Program-made: the position numbers and the translations under genes | Shown here: positions 62,211-64,000 of the stretch, piece after piece | Position numbering within the stretch: position 1 is the first letter of the stretch | How the letters are laid out: each line of letters opens with the position of its first letter | NCBI GenBank assembly: GCA_963514005.1 | Contig: OY740788.1 | Location: forward strand, 45,880,001-45,944,000 | Source: Raja brachyura | Taxonomy: Eukaryota | Direction: 5' to 3' | DNA: 64,000 nt | Notes under the pieces: model-generated | Databases searched by the model: none | Told to the model about the DNA's origin: nothing | What the model saw: the letters and a program-made list of their open reading frames with translations, nothing else

Positions 62211-64000
62211 CTCATCGGGACTGGCAGCTTCAATATATAACCGGCATCTGCAGTTGCTTCATACAAGGGAGGTTAAGTGCAGGGTTTAATACTCGTGCAG
62301 GTGAAGGTTTCGTCGTAGTTGTTGCGGTGAAAACAAAGTCGTTCTGGTGATGTCTTTAGGAGAAAAAGTCAATCACCTCCTCCCTTATCATCTGCATCTT
62401 CTAAACTCTGAACGGTTGAAGATGCCGACGGGAGGACGCAAGAAGAGAGACACCGTAGGCGACACAGTGCAAAGAGCGAGTCCAGATGGGCCGAGTTACT
62501 ATCCTTATTTATCTCCTTATTTGTGGGCAGTGGAGAGAATGTTTATTAGGTTGATTCCTTGGATCCATGGGCTTTCTTATCGGAAAAAGCTAGGTTGATG
62601 TTTATTAACGTTGACACCGAAGTTTCAGCGATTAGATTATGTAGAAAGATTGCATAAACTTTTATTTTTATTTACAAAAACCTCGCTGGTTACAATAAGA
62701 TTTGATTGAAAGTTTAAAGCTCTTTAGAGGAATGCACTGTAGGTGATTTGTGTCTGTTCATTGCAGATTCTAGGACCTGGTGTAGAATGAATTCAGAAGT
62801 GAATTTAGGAAAAAGTTCTAAAACTGCCCAAGTGAAAGTGTCTTTCATAAAAAGTGATTAATACAGGTACAATTATAAATATGAATCTCAAGATTAATAA
62901 CATAGTTAATGAATGTACTTAAAAATATGGAGCAGTTGAAGAAGTGTATGAAGGCATCAGCAGAGAGTGAAGACCTGCATATCTCTTTTCTGAGCTGAAA
63001 TGGTTTTCTTGGTTTTGGACTAAAGTCATTTCTCTGTCCAAAATCTTGCCAATTAGTGTGCACATTATGAAAGGTCATACACAGATGTCTTTTTTTGGAA
63101 AATTGACCACTGTCCTGGATTGAAATATTCTTTGAGAGTCGATCATACTTGACTGAGGTATTGTATTCATGATCAGTAACTATGTGGAACCTTTAGGATT
63201 ATGCAACCCAATGAAAATCAAGAGCCCGTGAAAATGTTTTCTTGGGGCAAGTGAGAGGAAACTGGAACCATTGTACACTACGGCAGGCTTACCAAGAAGG
63301 GAACCAAACAATGTCACTCAATGATATGAGCAGTCATGTGGGATGGTACCAATGAGAATAGTAAATATCAGACAATCTTATTGGTATCTTTCATTATCTT
63401 GGTTTCAGCGATGTGGCACAGGTAGGCACTTGAGAAGTTGTGAGAAATATGAGACTGATGTGTGAAGCAAAATCGTCTTTACAGACAAAGTAAGGATGGG
63501 CAGTAGTTTGCAAAGATGGAGACAGATCTTTTGTGAGAACATTCACATTAACAGGATCTAGGGTGACAATAACTGGAGAGAGGTCACCCGTTTATCATGT
63601 ACACTTTAGCAGCTTTTGATTGTTCATTAGGTGTGATACACCACTGTAGTGAATCAGAATTTACAGCAGTGCAATGGCTGTTTGACTCAACCGATCCATG
63701 CCACCATTATTGTCCAGCTATGCTCCATGAAGGCCTTGTACCACCATCTGCATAATCTTACATGATTCTCTTTCTATTCAGGTACACAAGTACTGACAAT
63801 GTACAGGGTTGTTGTAGGAATGTTATGTAAATGTTAGTCAGTAACTGCGGATTACAACTTTTGTTTGTTTTCGCAATACAAAACCGAAGATGTATTTTAA
63901 AAGCTTTTCTATATATCAATGTTTCTAGTGGCAAATGAACTGTCCAAAGATGTGTAGGTTTGTAGGTTAATTACTTTAGTGATAATCTTTCAAAACTCTT

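Overview
Vertebrate genomic DNA. The repeat content (V-SINE/HE1-like SINEs, CR1 LINEs, abundant Penelope termini) points to a cartilaginous fish, probably a skate or ray; this is inference. The window holds most of a + strand MARK1 (MAP/microtubule affinity-regulating kinase 1) gene. I located 15 coding exons from 12663 to the stop at 52122, all with GT-AG boundaries. They splice in frame to 2097 nt (698 aa plus stop), covering kinase domain, UBA, spacer and KA1. The N-terminal exons were not found and are presumably upstream of the window. Introns and the 3' flank are dense with transposons: a full-length degenerate Tc1 element, two inverted copies of a TAG...CTA DNA transposon with 7-bp TSDs (one carries a nested Gypsy LTR element and a Tudor/Spin-like coding remnant), and Rex1, CR1, L1-like and Penelope fragments. 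A CCAAT-rich putative promoter and first exon of another gene lies near 62 kb. Most unusual: (i) many short, often palindromic, TSD-flanked Penelope-derived inserts carrying a hammerhead-ribozyme core; (ii) two ultra-short (26 and 36 bp) CAAAGA...TCTTTG palindromic inserts with 8-bp TSDs; (iii) the 7-bp-TSD transposon family with its Tudor-like tail. Coordinates were counted by hand, and repeat boundaries are approximate unless a TSD is cited.
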